A stretch of 64,000 nt of DNA from Armatimonadota bacterium. Lineage in GTDB: Bacteria > Armatimonadota > Fimbriimonadia > Fimbriimonadales > GBS-DC. The notes beneath the pieces were generated by a model. That model had not been told where the DNA came from. It made no database searches and worked only from the letters and a program-made list of their open reading frames with translations. The position numbers were made by a program, and so were the translations under genes. Below, in pieces: positions 1 through 9,534 of the stretch (the stretch's first letter is position 1; each line of letters opens with the position of its first letter). The stretch spans positions 32,001 through 96,000 of the forward strand of contig JBBIML010000006.1 in NCBI GenBank assembly GCA_037444405.1, given 5' to 3'.

Positions 1-444
1 GCCCAGATTGTCCATGCCGCGATGGAAGCCGAATGCCAGCCCACGATAGGACGGCTCGGTGGCGTGCGCGATCAGTGCGTCGCGCGGCGCGGTGCGAATG
101 CCTTTCCCAACCCGATCCGCAAAGCGCAGGCACAGCACCTGCCACGGCGCGCTCGCCAGCGCCAGCAGCGGGCGCGTGAACACCACCAGCCCGTAGCCCA
201 GCACGGTCAGCGCCCGATGCTTGCCAGCGCGGTCGGCGAACCAGCCTGAAAACAGCTTCAGCAGGCTGGCGGTCGTCTCCGCCAGCCCCTCAATCAGCCC
301 GATGAAGGCGACGGATGCGCCCAGCTGCGCCAGAAAGAGGGGTAGCAGCGGGTAGACCATCTCGCTGCTGATGTCGTTGAGCAGGCTCACCGCGCCCAGA
401 GCCAGCACGGCTAACGGCAGCCGCCGACCCAGTGAGGCTTTCAT
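1..444 (-). CDS. MFS transporter (5' part; runs off the window)
   Basis: Manual translation from ATG at 444: MKASLGRRLPLAVLALGAVSLLNDISSEMVYPLLPLFL...SGWFADRAGK...DRVGKGIRTAPRDALI...AFGFHRGMDNLG, typical MFS motifs; not in the ORF track because it is truncated. Confidence 0.9.
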   Translation of the reverse strand, partial: MKASLGRRLPLAVLALGAVSLLNDISSEMVYPLLPLFLAQLGASVAFIGLIEGLAETTASLLKLFSGWFADRAGKHRALTVLGYGLVVFTRPLLALASAPWQVLCLRFADRVGKGIRTAPRDALIAHATEPSYRGLAFGFHRGMDNLG

Positions 445-472
445 CACCAGCCCCCAGTGTACCTGTTGCACC

Positions 473-2041
473 CTACATCGACTGGCGTTCACGCTCCTGC
501 TGAACCAGCACGCGGCGCAGGATTTTGCCCGATGGCGATTTGGGTATCTGCTCCACGAACTCGATGCGTCGAACCTTCTTGAAGGGCGCGACGCGCTGCG
601 CCACATAGTCCATCAGCTCTTCGGCGGTAGCAGGCGCTTTCAGCACCACGAACGCTTTGGGCACCTCGCCCGCCTCCTCATCGGGGCTGGGGATCACGGC
701 GGCGTCAGCAACGGCTGGATGGCTCAAGAGAACCGCCTCCAGCTCGGCAGGCGCGACCTGCAAGCCCTTGTATTTGATCAGCTCCTTCACGCGGTCAATA
801 ATATAGAAGTAGCCGTCCTCGTCCACATAGCCGATATCGCCCGTGCGCAGCCAGCCGTCGGGCGTGATGGTGGCAGCCGTCGCTTCGGGATTGTTCAGAT
901 AGCCGCGCATCACCTGCGGACCGCGAATCCACACCTCACCCTCCTGATGGATGCCCAGCGGGTTGCCCGTGCCGATGTCCACAATCATGCATTCGGTGTT
1001 CGCAATCGGCGGACCGACCGATGCCAGCTTGATGCGCGACGGGTCTTCAGGGTTCACATGTGTCACGGGACTGGTCTCGGTCAAGCCGTAGCCCTGCAGC
1101 ACGATACAGCCCAGTCGCTCAGCGCAGGCGCGGGCAACATCCTCACCCAGCGGCGCCGCGCCCGACATGATAATCTTCAAACTGGACAGGTCATACTGCT
1201 CCACCATCGGGTGCTTCGCCAGCGCGAGGATAATCGGCGGCACAAGGTTCGCACGATTGATGCGGTAATCCTGCAAAATGCGCAGAAACTGCTCCAGGTC
1301 AAAGCGCGGCATCGTCACGATGGTCACGCCGCAATACAAACACAGGTTCAGAATCACCAGCATGCCGTAGATGTGATAGAAGGGCAGCACGCCGATCACG
1401 CGCTCGTCAGACTGAAGGCGAACCCCGGAGCCAAGCACCTGCACCATGTTGGTGACGAGGTTGTAGTGGGTGAGCATCACGCCTTTGGGCAGTCCCGTGG
1501 TGCCACTGGAGTAGGGCAGCACGATGAGGTCATCGCGCGGGTTGATTGCCACCTGTGGCGGCTCAGCGTCGGCGAGCAGCTCGGTGAAGGGTGTCGCATC
1601 GCGGCTGTCGCCGAGGGTGAACACCTCCTGCACGCCCGCCTTCTGCGCCGCAGGCAACGCCTTCTCCAGCAATGGGTCAACCGTGACGAGGAACTTCGCG
1701 CCCGAATCGCGCAGCTGGAACGCCAGCTCATCCGCGGTGTAGAGCGGGTTCGCGGTGGTGATGACGCCGCCCGCCAGCGCGACGCCGTGAAATGCCAGCG
1801 CGTATTCGGGCAGATTCGGGCTGTAGATGCCAACCACCTCCCCCTTTTTCAACCCGCGCCGCGCCAGATTGCCTGCCACGCGCTGAACACCCGTCCACAG
1901 CTGAGCATAGGTAAGTGTGCAACCTGTGAAGCCATCAATCAGTGCGGGTCGCTCACCGAACTCCGCCACGCGCTTATATACGAACTGCACCAGCCCCTCT
2001 TCGGGTATCACCACCGTTGGGTGAGGGCTACGAAACACCAT
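473..2041 (-). CDS. AMP-dependent acyl-CoA ligase, 4-coumarate-CoA ligase-like
   Basis: YSSGTTGLPKG, GYGLTE, GEVWIRG, GWLRTGDIG, PKSPSGKILRR; GGAGG RBS upstream. Confidence 0.92.
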   Translation of the reverse strand: MVFRSPHPTVVIPEEGLVQFVYKRVAEFGERPALIDGFTGCTLTYAQLWTGVQRVAGNLARRGLKKGEVVGIYSPNLPEYALAFHGVALAGGVITTANPLYTADELAFQLRDSGAKFLVTVDPLLEKALPAAQKAGVQEVFTLGDSRDATPFTELLADAEPPQVAINPRDDLIVLPYSSGTTGLPKGVMLTHYNLVTNMVQVLGSGVRLQSDERVIGVLPFYHIYGMLVILNLCLYCGVTIVTMPRFDLEQFLRILQDYRINRANLVPPIILALAKHPMVEQYDLSSLKIIMSGAAPLGEDVARACAERLGCIVLQGYGLTETSPVTHVNPEDPSRIKLASVGPPIANTECMIVDIGTGNPLGIHQEGEVWIRGPQVMRGYLNNPEATAATITPDGWLRTGDIGYVDEDGYFYIIDRVKELIKYKGLQVAPAELEAVLLSHPAVADAAVIPSPDEEAGEVPKAFVVLKAPATAEELMDYVAQRVAPFKKVRRIEFVEQIPKSPSGKILRRVLVQQERERQSM

Positions 2042-2109
2042 TGTGCGCCACCTCCGCTTTTATGATACAGCAATCGGGAAGCGTTCCCTGCACTGTTCAA
2101 GCGATAGCC

Positions 2110-2742
2110 TCACGGCAACAGTTCAGCAACAGGAATGCTCACATCGGGGCGTGTCAGGGGAACAATGCTCTGGTCCGCCTCCAGCCGCAGTGCGGTTTGA
2201 TAGGCAGCGCCATAGGGTGCGCGGGCATTGGGGGCAGGTTCGCGATACACCTCCAGCACGCGCTCCTTGAGATTGAGAATCCAGTATTCGGGGATGCCCA
2301 CGCTGGCGTACAGGCTGCCCTTGATCTCCCGATCGGTCTTGAGGGAGGCTTCGGCGACCTCCACCACCAGCAGGGCTGTGTCGGGATGCCGCTCCGCATA
2401 ATCGCGCGGACTGCCCGAGACAACGGCGATGTCAGGGAACGGCTCATCGTAGGGAGTGAGCGTGAGCGGCAGTTGCGGGCGAACATCGTAACCTTCGCCA
2501 AAGGCGCGCTGTAGCGCAATCTCCACCAATCGCAGGGCGGTCGCATGAGGTGAGCGCATCGGTATCTCCCGTTGCACGATGGTGCCTGCCAGCAGCTCCA
2601 GGCGTTCATCAGGCGCGAACACCTCGGTCTCCAGCAGGCGCTCAAACTCCTCGCAGGTAATCAGCCGACGGTTGGGCAAGCGCAGCCGTCGGCTGGGTAC
2701 GCGCGTTTTCGCCTTCGATGCAGCAGCCGTCGCCTGGCTCAT
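2110..2742 (-). CDS. Uma2 (DUF820) family endonuclease-fold protein
   Basis: ERLELLAGTI, SPH, EPFPDIAVV, LVVEVAEASLKTDR, K..LYA..GIPEYWILNL; AAGGAGG RBS. Confidence 0.9.
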   Translation of the reverse strand: MSQATAAASKAKTRVPSRRLRLPNRRLITCEEFERLLETEVFAPDERLELLAGTIVQREIPMRSPHATALRLVEIALQRAFGEGYDVRPQLPLTLTPYDEPFPDIAVVSGSPRDYAERHPDTALLVVEVAEASLKTDREIKGSLYASVGIPEYWILNLKERVLEVYREPAPNARAPYGAAYQTALRLEADQSIVPLTRPDVSIPVAELLP

Positions 2743-2754
2743 GCCATGCCTCCT

Positions 2755-4446
2755 TCAGATAATGGTGCGGCGGGTCTCATCCTGGCGTGAGTCGGGGCGG
2801 ATGGGCTTCACGCTGGCGACATTCTCTGGCTCGTAGTCGATGAGTTTGAGCCAGTCCTCGATCGCGTCTGATTTCGGGAAGATTTCGTTCTCGCGATACT
2901 CCATTTCGATGGCGTGTCGCAGGTCGTCGGGGCGGATGCCATGCTCGCTGCTGGGGTCATCGATGGCGCGGCGGATGGCGAACTCCTTCGCGCGATCCAC
3001 CACCGATTTGATGAGCGCGCCGCTGACCAGATCGCGCCAGTAGAGCGTCTCCACACCGCCGTTGCGCAGGTAGACCTGCAGGAACTCGGTGTCGGGCGCC
3101 CGACGCCACAGATACTGCACTGTCTGCTCAATCAGGCACTCGCGCGCCTCCTGCGGGCTGTCATACTGCGCCACAAACTCGGGATCGAGCGGGATGTTCT
3201 CGTGCAGGTAGATGCCGAAAATCTCGGCGGTTGCCGCCCGATCGGGACGCTTCACCTTCACCTTGCGGTCGATGCGTCCCGGACGCAAAATCGCGGGGTC
3301 GATGTAGTCGGGTCGGTTCGAGGTGAGCATTACCACCACATTTTCGAGGCTCACCAGCCCGTCCATCTCGGCGCAGAACTGCGGCACAACGGTATTGGAG
3401 ATGTTGAGCCATCTGCCCGAGCTGCGCACGCGCAGGATCGATTCGGCTTCGTCGATGAAGATGAACACCAGAAAGCCCTCGCGCGCCTTCTCGCGGGCAA
3501 TCGCGAAGATTTCGCGCACCATGCGCTCCGTCTCGCCCAGCCACATGTTGAGAATCTTCGGACCGCTGATATACATAAAGTACTCTTTGACAGGTCTGCC
3601 CAGCCGTTCGGAATACTGGCGGGTGAGGTTGTAGGCGGTCGCCTTGCCGATGAGCGTCTTGCCGCAGCCCGGCGGACCATAGAGCAGAATGCCCTTGAGC
3701 GGTTGCTTATCGAAGCGTTTGAAGACTTCGGGGTGGAGCAGGGGCAGTTCGATGGTCTCCCGGATGAGGCGGATGGCTTCGTCCTGACCCCCGATCTGGC
3801 TCCATTCGATGGGCGGCACCTCTTCGAAGTAGTGGTCGCGCACTTCCTGGTGGGGGATATGCTCGATGGCGACCTTGAAGTTTGGCTCCAGGCGCACCTC
3901 GTCGCCGGGCTTGATGGGCATCTCCATCAGGTCGGTGGAGCGGAACACGATGCGGGAGGTCATGCCCTGTGGGTCGGTCGCCACGCGCAGACGGTTGTCA
4001 TCCAGCACCTCCTGCACTTTGACCACGGGACCTGCGGGGTGATAGCCGAGGTCGCCAATCACGGCGAACGCCTCGTTCACCTTCACGCGCGTGCCCACCT
4101 TGAAGTCCTTGTTCTCCAGTTTGGGATCGATGTTGGCGTAATATTCGCTGTCGCCAATCGCGACCATCGCGATGTCTTTGTCGGGCGAGCCGAGAAAGAC
4201 GCCGATGCGGTTCGCGGGCGAGGTGAGTTTCTGATACGCCTCTTCGTACTCCTGAATCGCCTGAATCGCCTCCTGCATCTGCTTTTCGTCCACTTCGAGC
4301 TGGTGGCGCAATAGCTGGAGCAGGCGCATCAGGCGCAGGTCGGTACGGGGCGCGATTCGCATAATCTCTTCGAGGATTGCCAGCGCGCGAATCTGCGTTT
4401 CGGGCATCTCCTCGGAGAAGTCGTCCTTATCATACCGCTGTGCCAT
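2755..4446 (-). CDS. arc: Proteasome-associated AAA ATPase (ARC/Mpa-like)
   Basis: N-terminal coiled coil then OB-like region (KLTSPANRIGVF), Walker A GPPGCGKT, Walker B IFIDEAES, NTVVPQF..EMDG, SNRPDYIDPAILRPGRIDRK, DLVSGALIKSVVDRAK; GAGGAGG RBS. Confidence 0.85.
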   Translation of the reverse strand: MAQRYDKDDFSEEMPETQIRALAILEEIMRIAPRTDLRLMRLLQLLRHQLEVDEKQMQEAIQAIQEYEEAYQKLTSPANRIGVFLGSPDKDIAMVAIGDSEYYANIDPKLENKDFKVGTRVKVNEAFAVIGDLGYHPAGPVVKVQEVLDDNRLRVATDPQGMTSRIVFRSTDLMEMPIKPGDEVRLEPNFKVAIEHIPHQEVRDHYFEEVPPIEWSQIGGQDEAIRLIRETIELPLLHPEVFKRFDKQPLKGILLYGPPGCGKTLIGKATAYNLTRQYSERLGRPVKEYFMYISGPKILNMWLGETERMVREIFAIAREKAREGFLVFIFIDEAESILRVRSSGRWLNISNTVVPQFCAEMDGLVSLENVVVMLTSNRPDYIDPAILRPGRIDRKVKVKRPDRAATAEIFGIYLHENIPLDPEFVAQYDSPQEARECLIEQTVQYLWRRAPDTEFLQVYLRNGGVETLYWRDLVSGALIKSVVDRAKEFAIRRAIDDPSSEHGIRPDDLRHAIEMEYRENEIFPKSDAIEDWLKLIDYEPENVASVKPIRPDSRQDETRRTII

Positions 4447-4506
4447 AGGGTGATTGACCTCCTCAAGTCCTGCCCTATTATACCCCGCTTTGCGCGTGGA
4501 CGGTTC

Positions 4507-5904
4507 CTACAACTGCTGTGTCCACTGGAGCCACCAGCCGCAGCGGGCGTCGGGCAGGCTGCTATCGCGCAGGTGGCGCGTGCGGTAGCGCAGGCTGATC
4601 AGCCCGTTCGGGGCAATCTGATAGCCCAGCTGCAGGTCGAACTGGTAGCCGCGCTCGCCCGGCAGCCAGTCGTGGAACCGTCCGATGTTAATGCCTTCCG
4701 CCGCGATGAGCCAGCGGTCGCGCTCCCATTCAAAGCGGGCGTAAAGTCCGCGCCGATTGGAGCCGAAGGGATGCCCCATCGGCAGGCTCTGGTAGGTGTA
4801 GGCATAGCGGGGGTCGTGCCCCGCCGCGCCGTAGGTGCCGCCGTTATCGGTGCCGTCGGTCAGCACGCCTTCGAGAATGAGGCGCGTGTCGGGCGTCGGC
4901 TTGATGCGAATTCCGACCAGCGTGGCGACCTTGCGCGGTGTGTTCGCGCCGCGACCGCCCAGAAAGTCGGGCGCACGAATGTCATCGATCAGCCAGAACA
5001 GGTAGAGGCGATCGGTCTCGTTCAGCCGATAGGTGATGCCTATCTCCGCCAGATAGTTGAACCATCCAGAGCCAATCTCGGCGCGGCTCATCCACTTCTG
5101 ATAGAGGTAGTAGGGCACGATCTGGCTGACCGCGCCGTCGGGCAGGCGCAGGGCTTTGAACGCCTCCGCCAGTGAGAGGCTCCAGCGCGAGCCGAGCGAG
5201 CGACTGAATCGCCGTCCGCCCCACCAGACCGTCTGACCGTCCTGCTCGAACTGCGCGAAGAACTGTTCGAACTGCCATTCGCCGAGGAGGGGCAGTCGCA
5301 TGGGGAAGGCGACGCGGGCGTAAGGCACGGGGGGCATGGCGTCGTTGATGAGCAGGGCGCCGCTGTAGCCGCCTGCCCAGCGCAGGTTCGCGCGACCCAG
5401 TTGCCATTCCCCGTCGCCCGTGCGGAAGGTGAGGCGGGCAAGCGGTACGGTATCGAAGGCGGCGGGGTTTGTGCCCTCGCGCCGTGCCGAGTCGCTTGCC
5501 ACCACCTCCAGCAGCGCCTGCTCGCCCAGTGCGAACAGCCCCACCAGGCGATAGATGCCCCTTGCGGCAGTTGCCCAATCACTATCGGTCGGATAGCCAA
5601 AGCCGTCCAGCGTGAGAAGCAGTGCGCCCCGTTGCGGCGATAAGCGCTCCGCCTGCCGCAGACGCCACTGGAGGATGGCAAAAGCGACATCTGCCCCCTC
5701 ATCCGTACCCTCTTCCCCGCTGGGGGAGAGGGGTTTGATGATTCGCAGAAATTCGTCCATGCTTCGGGGGACGCGGGCGAGCGTGGAGGGCGCGCGGGTT
5801 CTGTGCGTTAGCAGGTCATAGAGCGGGTCATCCCGAACGGGCAGCTGCTGGGCGAGAGCCGACAGCAGTGGCATCAGGGCAAGCGTTGCAACGCCGCGCT
5901 TCAC
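4507..5904 (-). CDS. Capsule assembly Wzi-like outer-membrane beta-barrel protein
   Basis: Signal peptide; GRANLRWAGGYSGALLIND, LYLFWLIDD, YTYQSLPMGHPFGSN motifs resembling the Wzi family; aromatic C-terminal beta strand; overlaps the CapD-like gene by 4 nt. Confidence 0.65.
   Translation of the reverse strand: MKRGVATLALMPLLSALAQQLPVRDDPLYDLLTHRTRAPSTLARVPRSMDEFLRIIKPLSPSGEEGTDEGADVAFAILQWRLRQAERLSPQRGALLLTLDGFGYPTDSDWATAARGIYRLVGLFALGEQALLEVVASDSARREGTNPAAFDTVPLARLTFRTGDGEWQLGRANLRWAGGYSGALLINDAMPPVPYARVAFPMRLPLLGEWQFEQFFAQFEQDGQTVWWGGRRFSRSLGSRWSLSLAEAFKALRLPDGAVSQIVPYYLYQKWMSRAEIGSGWFNYLAEIGITYRLNETDRLYLFWLIDDIRAPDFLGGRGANTPRKVATLVGIRIKPTPDTRLILEGVLTDGTDNGGTYGAAGHDPRYAYTYQSLPMGHPFGSNRRGLYARFEWERDRWLIAAEGINIGRFHDWLPGERGYQFDLQLGYQIAPNGLISLRYRTRHLRDSSLPDARCGWWLQWTQQL
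5695..5736 (-). repeat. Family C palindromic repeat embedded in frame in the Wzi-like CDS
   Basis: Minus strand AAACCCCTCTCCCCCAGCGGGGAAGAGGGTACGGATGAGGGG aligns with intergenic 46694-46734 AAACCCTCTCCCCCAGCGGGGGCGAGGGTACGGGTGGGGGG (4 substitutions, 1 indel). Confidence 0.8.
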
Positions 5905-7808
5905 GCCTGCACCACCCCACGCCCCGACATGGGCGGCACGCGCCGACCCGTCGCCAGCTCCATCAGGAAGGCGCGCGCTTCATCGGCACGCTCCTTATCG
6001 CACAGCTCCATCAGCATCTCCAGCTGACCCCGCAGCCAGTCCCAGTCGGGTGCATCCCCGTTGCGCACGCGCCGAATCTTCTCATGCACCGTCGGCTCCA
6101 GGTCCTCTTCCGAATAGTGCAGTTCCTCGTGCAGCTTCTCGCCAGGGCGCATGCCCGTGAACACAATCTTGATGTCCTTTTCGGGCACCAGCCCGTAGAG
6201 GCGGATGAGGTCGTACGCCATATCCAGAATGCGGATAGGCTCGCCCATATCCAGAATGAAGATGTCGCCTTTGCTGGGCAGTGCGCCCGCGAGCAGCACC
6301 AGATGCACCGCTTCCGAGATGCTCATGAAGTAGCGGCGCATCTCGGGATGGGTGATGCGCACGGGACCACCCTTTTCGATCTGCATCTGCAGAGTCGGGA
6401 TGACGCTCCCGCGACTGCCCAGCACATTGCCGAACCGCACAATCGCGAACTCGGTCTGGCTCTGGTGCGCGAGCGCGCTGATAATCATCTCGCCGACGCG
6501 CTTGGTCGCGCCCATGATGCTGACGGGCTTGACCGCCTTATCGGTGGAGATGTAGACGAACTTGCGCACGCCGTGCCGCACCGATTCCTCCGCCATCACC
6601 CACGCGCCCAGCACATTGTTTTTGATGGCTTCGATGGGATTGCTTTCCATCAGGGGTACATGTTTGTGCGCGGCGGTGTGGAACACGAGCGTGGGCTGTT
6701 CCTGCCGCATGATGCTGGCGATGCGGGTGGCGTCGCGCACATCGGCAATCACGCAGCGGGGTTCGTAGCCGAAGTCGGCGATCATCTCCTGCTCCACCTG
6801 ATAGATGCTGTTTTCGCCCTTGCCCAGCAGGATGAGGCTGGCGGGACCGACCTGCACCACCTGACGCGCCAGCTCGCTGCCGATGGAGCCGCCCGCGCCC
6901 GTGATCAGCACCCGCTCGCCCTCCACATAGTCAGAGACGGCTTTCATCTTGAAGACCACTGGCTCACGGCGGAGCAGGTCTTCGATGTTCACCTCCCGAA
7001 TCTGGGCGAGTTGCACTCCATGCTCAAACACGGCGGGGATGGAGGGCAGGATGCGCACGCGCGCGCTGGTGCGCCGACACAGCTCAAAGATGCGCCGAAT
7101 CACCCCCCCCGGGGCGGAAGGGATCGCAATAATAATATCCTGCACCCGATGCTCTTCCACAAGGCGCGGGATGTCGGCGGTTGTGCCCAGGCAGGGATAG
7201 CCGTGAATGCTGGTATGCCGCTTGGCGTGATTGTCGTCCACGAAGCCAATAACGCGATAGCCACTATTCGGGTTGCGGCGGGTTTCCCGCATCAGCATCT
7301 CGCCTGCATCGCCACCGCCGACAATAAGCGTCGTGCGCTGGGTCAGCTCGGAGCCTGCGCCTGAGCGATGCCACTCGTAAAGGCGGCGCCACACCCGCGG
7401 CGCAACCAGCGCGCCCGTCGCGAGACCCCCAAACAACACTGGCTCCGCCCAGCGCAGCTCACGCTGAAACAGGGAACTGCCAAGCAGTGCCAGCGCCAGC
7501 TCCGCCAGAGTGATAACCGCGCCCACCTGCAGGAGGTTAACCACATCCGACAGCCCGATGTAGCGGCTATGCACGCGGTGCAGGCGCTTGCCAAACAGCA
7601 GGAGAATGGTCAGCACGGATAGCAGCGGCGCCGCGCCTGATAAAAAGAGTCGGTCCGCCGACTCAAGGCGAAAGTTGCCTGCCAGCCCAACCGTTAGTAG
7701 CAGAGCCGAACCGACCAGCAGCCCATCCATGAACGCAACCCCGGCGACACGCCCGTACACGGCGCCGCGCTCGTGCCAGAGCTGCTCCAAACGCTCGCTC
7801 AACCTCAA
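5901..7808 (-). CDS. Polysaccharide biosynthesis nucleoside-diphosphate-sugar dehydratase (CapD/PglF-like)
   Basis: N-terminal TM helices, EDLLRRE, ITGAGGSIGSEL, HTAAHKHVPLME, ISTDKAV, VRFGNVLGSRGSVIP, GMRPGEKLHEEL; TTG start with [11 protein letters not shown]. Confidence 0.93.
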   Translation of the reverse strand: MRLSERLEQLWHERGAVYGRVAGVAFMDGLLVGSALLLTVGLAGNFRLESADRLFLSGAAPLLSVLTILLLFGKRLHRVHSRYIGLSDVVNLLQVGAVITLAELALALLGSSLFQRELRWAEPVLFGGLATGALVAPRVWRRLYEWHRSGAGSELTQRTTLIVGGGDAGEMLMRETRRNPNSGYRVIGFVDDNHAKRHTSIHGYPCLGTTADIPRLVEEHRVQDIIIAIPSAPGGVIRRIFELCRRTSARVRILPSIPAVFEHGVQLAQIREVNIEDLLRREPVVFKMKAVSDYVEGERVLITGAGGSIGSELARQVVQVGPASLILLGKGENSIYQVEQEMIADFGYEPRCVIADVRDATRIASIMRQEQPTLVFHTAAHKHVPLMESNPIEAIKNNVLGAWVMAEESVRHGVRKFVYISTDKAVKPVSIMGATKRVGEMIISALAHQSQTEFAIVRFGNVLGSRGSVIPTLQMQIEKGGPVRITHPEMRRYFMSISEAVHLVLLAGALPSKGDIFILDMGEPIRILDMAYDLIRLYGLVPEKDIKIVFTGMRPGEKLHEELHYSEEDLEPTVHEKIRRVRNGDAPDWDWLRGQLEMLMELCDKERADEARAFLMELATGRRVPPMSGRGVVQA

Positions 7809-7942
7809 TTTCTCCCTCCGTAGATTCCGCTCCAGCTCAGATTCCTGCCCCTGAGCTGACGACTTCCCTTCCGAACACCTTCAGTATACCCAACCCAATA
7901 GATAGACGCTCATGCGCCCTGAATCGGTTTGCCTTCAGTCGG

Positions 7943-8851
7943 TCAGCTCTCGAGCTGCTGGAAGAAGGCGGGCTGGTCGCGCCAGCGCTCGCGCACCTTG
8001 ACCCACAGCTCCAGATAGATCCGCCGCCCCAGCCACAGCTCCAGCTCCTCCCGCGCCTGCTGACCAATCTTCTTGAGCATTCTACCCTTCTCGCCAATCA
8101 CGATGCCTTTGTGCGATTCGCGCTCCACATAGATGGTGGCGCTGATAACCAGCACGCCGTTGGGCTGTTCCACCCAGCGTTCGATGGCGACGCCAATCCC
8201 GTACGGCACCTCCTGATAGGTGTTGAGCAGCACCTTCTCGCGAATGATCTCGGCTGCGAACAGGCGTTCCGGCTGGTCGGTGATCTGGTCAGGCGGGAAG
8301 AAGGGCGGATTGGGCGGTAGATGTTTGAGAATCATCGCCAGCAGTTTGTCGCAGTTGTGCCCTTTGACAGCGTTGGTCATCATCCAGTCGGCATGCTGCG
8401 GCACCAGCTGCCAGTAGGCTTCGGTGTGGGGCTTGACCTTTTCGGGCGGGAGCTGATCCATCTTATTCAGCACCAGGATAATAGGCACGCGCGCCTCCTT
8501 CTGCAGTATCTGGGCAATCTGTTCGTCCTCGGCGCTGGGTGGGCGCGACACATCACAGACGAACAGGATCAGGTCGGCGTCGGGCAGGGAGCCGAGCGCC
8601 GCCTCCACCATCTGCTCGCCCAGTTTGTATTTGGGCTTGTGGATGCCGGGCGTGTCCACGAACACGATCTGGGCGTCGGGCAGATTGGCGATGCCCAGGA
8701 TTCGGCGGCGGGTGGTCTGGGGGCGCGGTGAGACGATGCTCACTTTCCGCCCCACGAAGTGGTTGACCAGGGTGCTTTTGCCCACATTCGGCTTGCCGAT
8801 GACCGCCACGAAGCCCGCGCGGAAATCGGAAGCGGTATTTGGCTCGCTCAT
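7943..8851 (-). CDS. era: GTPase Era
   Basis: GKPNVGKST, PQTTR, DTPG, NKMD, KH domain GIVIGEKG; start moved to ATG 8851 (MSEPNT), overlapping the NYN gene stop. Confidence 0.96.
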   Translation of the reverse strand: MSEPNTASDFRAGFVAVIGKPNVGKSTLVNHFVGRKVSIVSPRPQTTRRRILGIANLPDAQIVFVDTPGIHKPKYKLGEQMVEAALGSLPDADLILFVCDVSRPPSAEDEQIAQILQKEARVPIILVLNKMDQLPPEKVKPHTEAYWQLVPQHADWMMTNAVKGHNCDKLLAMILKHLPPNPPFFPPDQITDQPERLFAAEIIREKVLLNTYQEVPYGIGVAIERWVEQPNGVLVISATIYVERESHKGIVIGEKGRMLKKIGQQAREELELWLGRRIYLELWVKVRERWRDQPAFFQQLES

Positions 8852-9417
8852 TGCGCTGTCCCTTCGGTGTGGGTCTCCCGCTCGTGCGCGCACGATTCGG
8901 GGGCGCGGTCGGTGCGGGCGATATAGCGCTCCAGATCGCGCAGGTCGTGGAAGTGGATGCCCGTCGCGTTGCGCAGCTCGCGAGCGGTCATCTCCGGGTG
9001 GGCGAACACCAGCACCCGCTTGCCCTTCGCCCGCAATGCCTCCACCACCCGCTCGAAGTTGCCATCGCCGCTGAAGATGGCGCACACATCGTAGTGATCC
9101 AGCGTCAGCATCATGTCGAGCGTCATATCGACGGTCAGCTCCACGCGCTCCCAGGGCGGCTCGTCGCGCGTCTCACAGCAGCCCTTGATGGGTCGCGCCC
9201 GCACCACATAGCCCGAATGGAGCAGATAGTCGTGAAAGGTCGCGTCGCGCCCCCGCATGGTCGGGTCGAACGCCGTGTAGTAGAAGGCGTCCGCGACCTG
9301 CATGCCCAGATTCGTGCGAAAGTAGCACAGCAGCCGACGATAGTCCAGAAACCAGCCCAACCGCTTCTGGGCATAATACATATTCGCGCCATCCACAAAG
9401 ATCGAAACACGCTCCAC
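8848..9417 (-). CDS. NYN domain (LabA/DUF88) protein
   Basis: IFVDGANM, VELTVDM, FSGDGNF, ELRNAT..FHDL; GTG start at 9417 behind AGGAGG. Confidence 0.88.
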   Translation of the reverse strand: MERVSIFVDGANMYYAQKRLGWFLDYRRLLCYFRTNLGMQVADAFYYTAFDPTMRGRDATFHDYLLHSGYVVRARPIKGCCETRDEPPWERVELTVDMTLDMMLTLDHYDVCAIFSGDGNFERVVEALRAKGKRVLVFAHPEMTARELRNATGIHFHDLRDLERYIARTDRAPESCAHERETHTEGTAQ

Positions 9418-9448
9418 CAGAAAGCACCTCCTGCCAGGTGATATAAAG

Positions 9449-9475
9449 ATACCCACTCTGTCGCGCCTCTCCTGC
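9449..9475 (-). promoter_or_regulatory. Sigma-H-like promoter motif upstream of NYN-era
   Basis: GCAGGA gaggcgcgacagagtgg GTAT (17-nt spacer). Confidence 0.7.
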
Positions 9476-9534
9476 TCGATAAAGGGCACAGAACAGCTCA
9501 ATCTTGAAACGGGTATACTGATTCCAATCCCGAG

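Noticed and set aside
371..2065. Long antisense ORFs (e.g. 371-2065, 2914-4314, 5868-7364, 34412-36055, 44165-45781, 48163-49956, 60771-62546)
   Set aside because: They mirror well-supported genes on the opposite strand, lack motifs and RBS, and are expected from GC-rich codon bias
7824..7848. GCAGGA...GAAT upstream of the CapD-like gene
   Set aside because: Spacer is 15 nt rather than 17, so it was not counted in the motif set; it may still be a weak site
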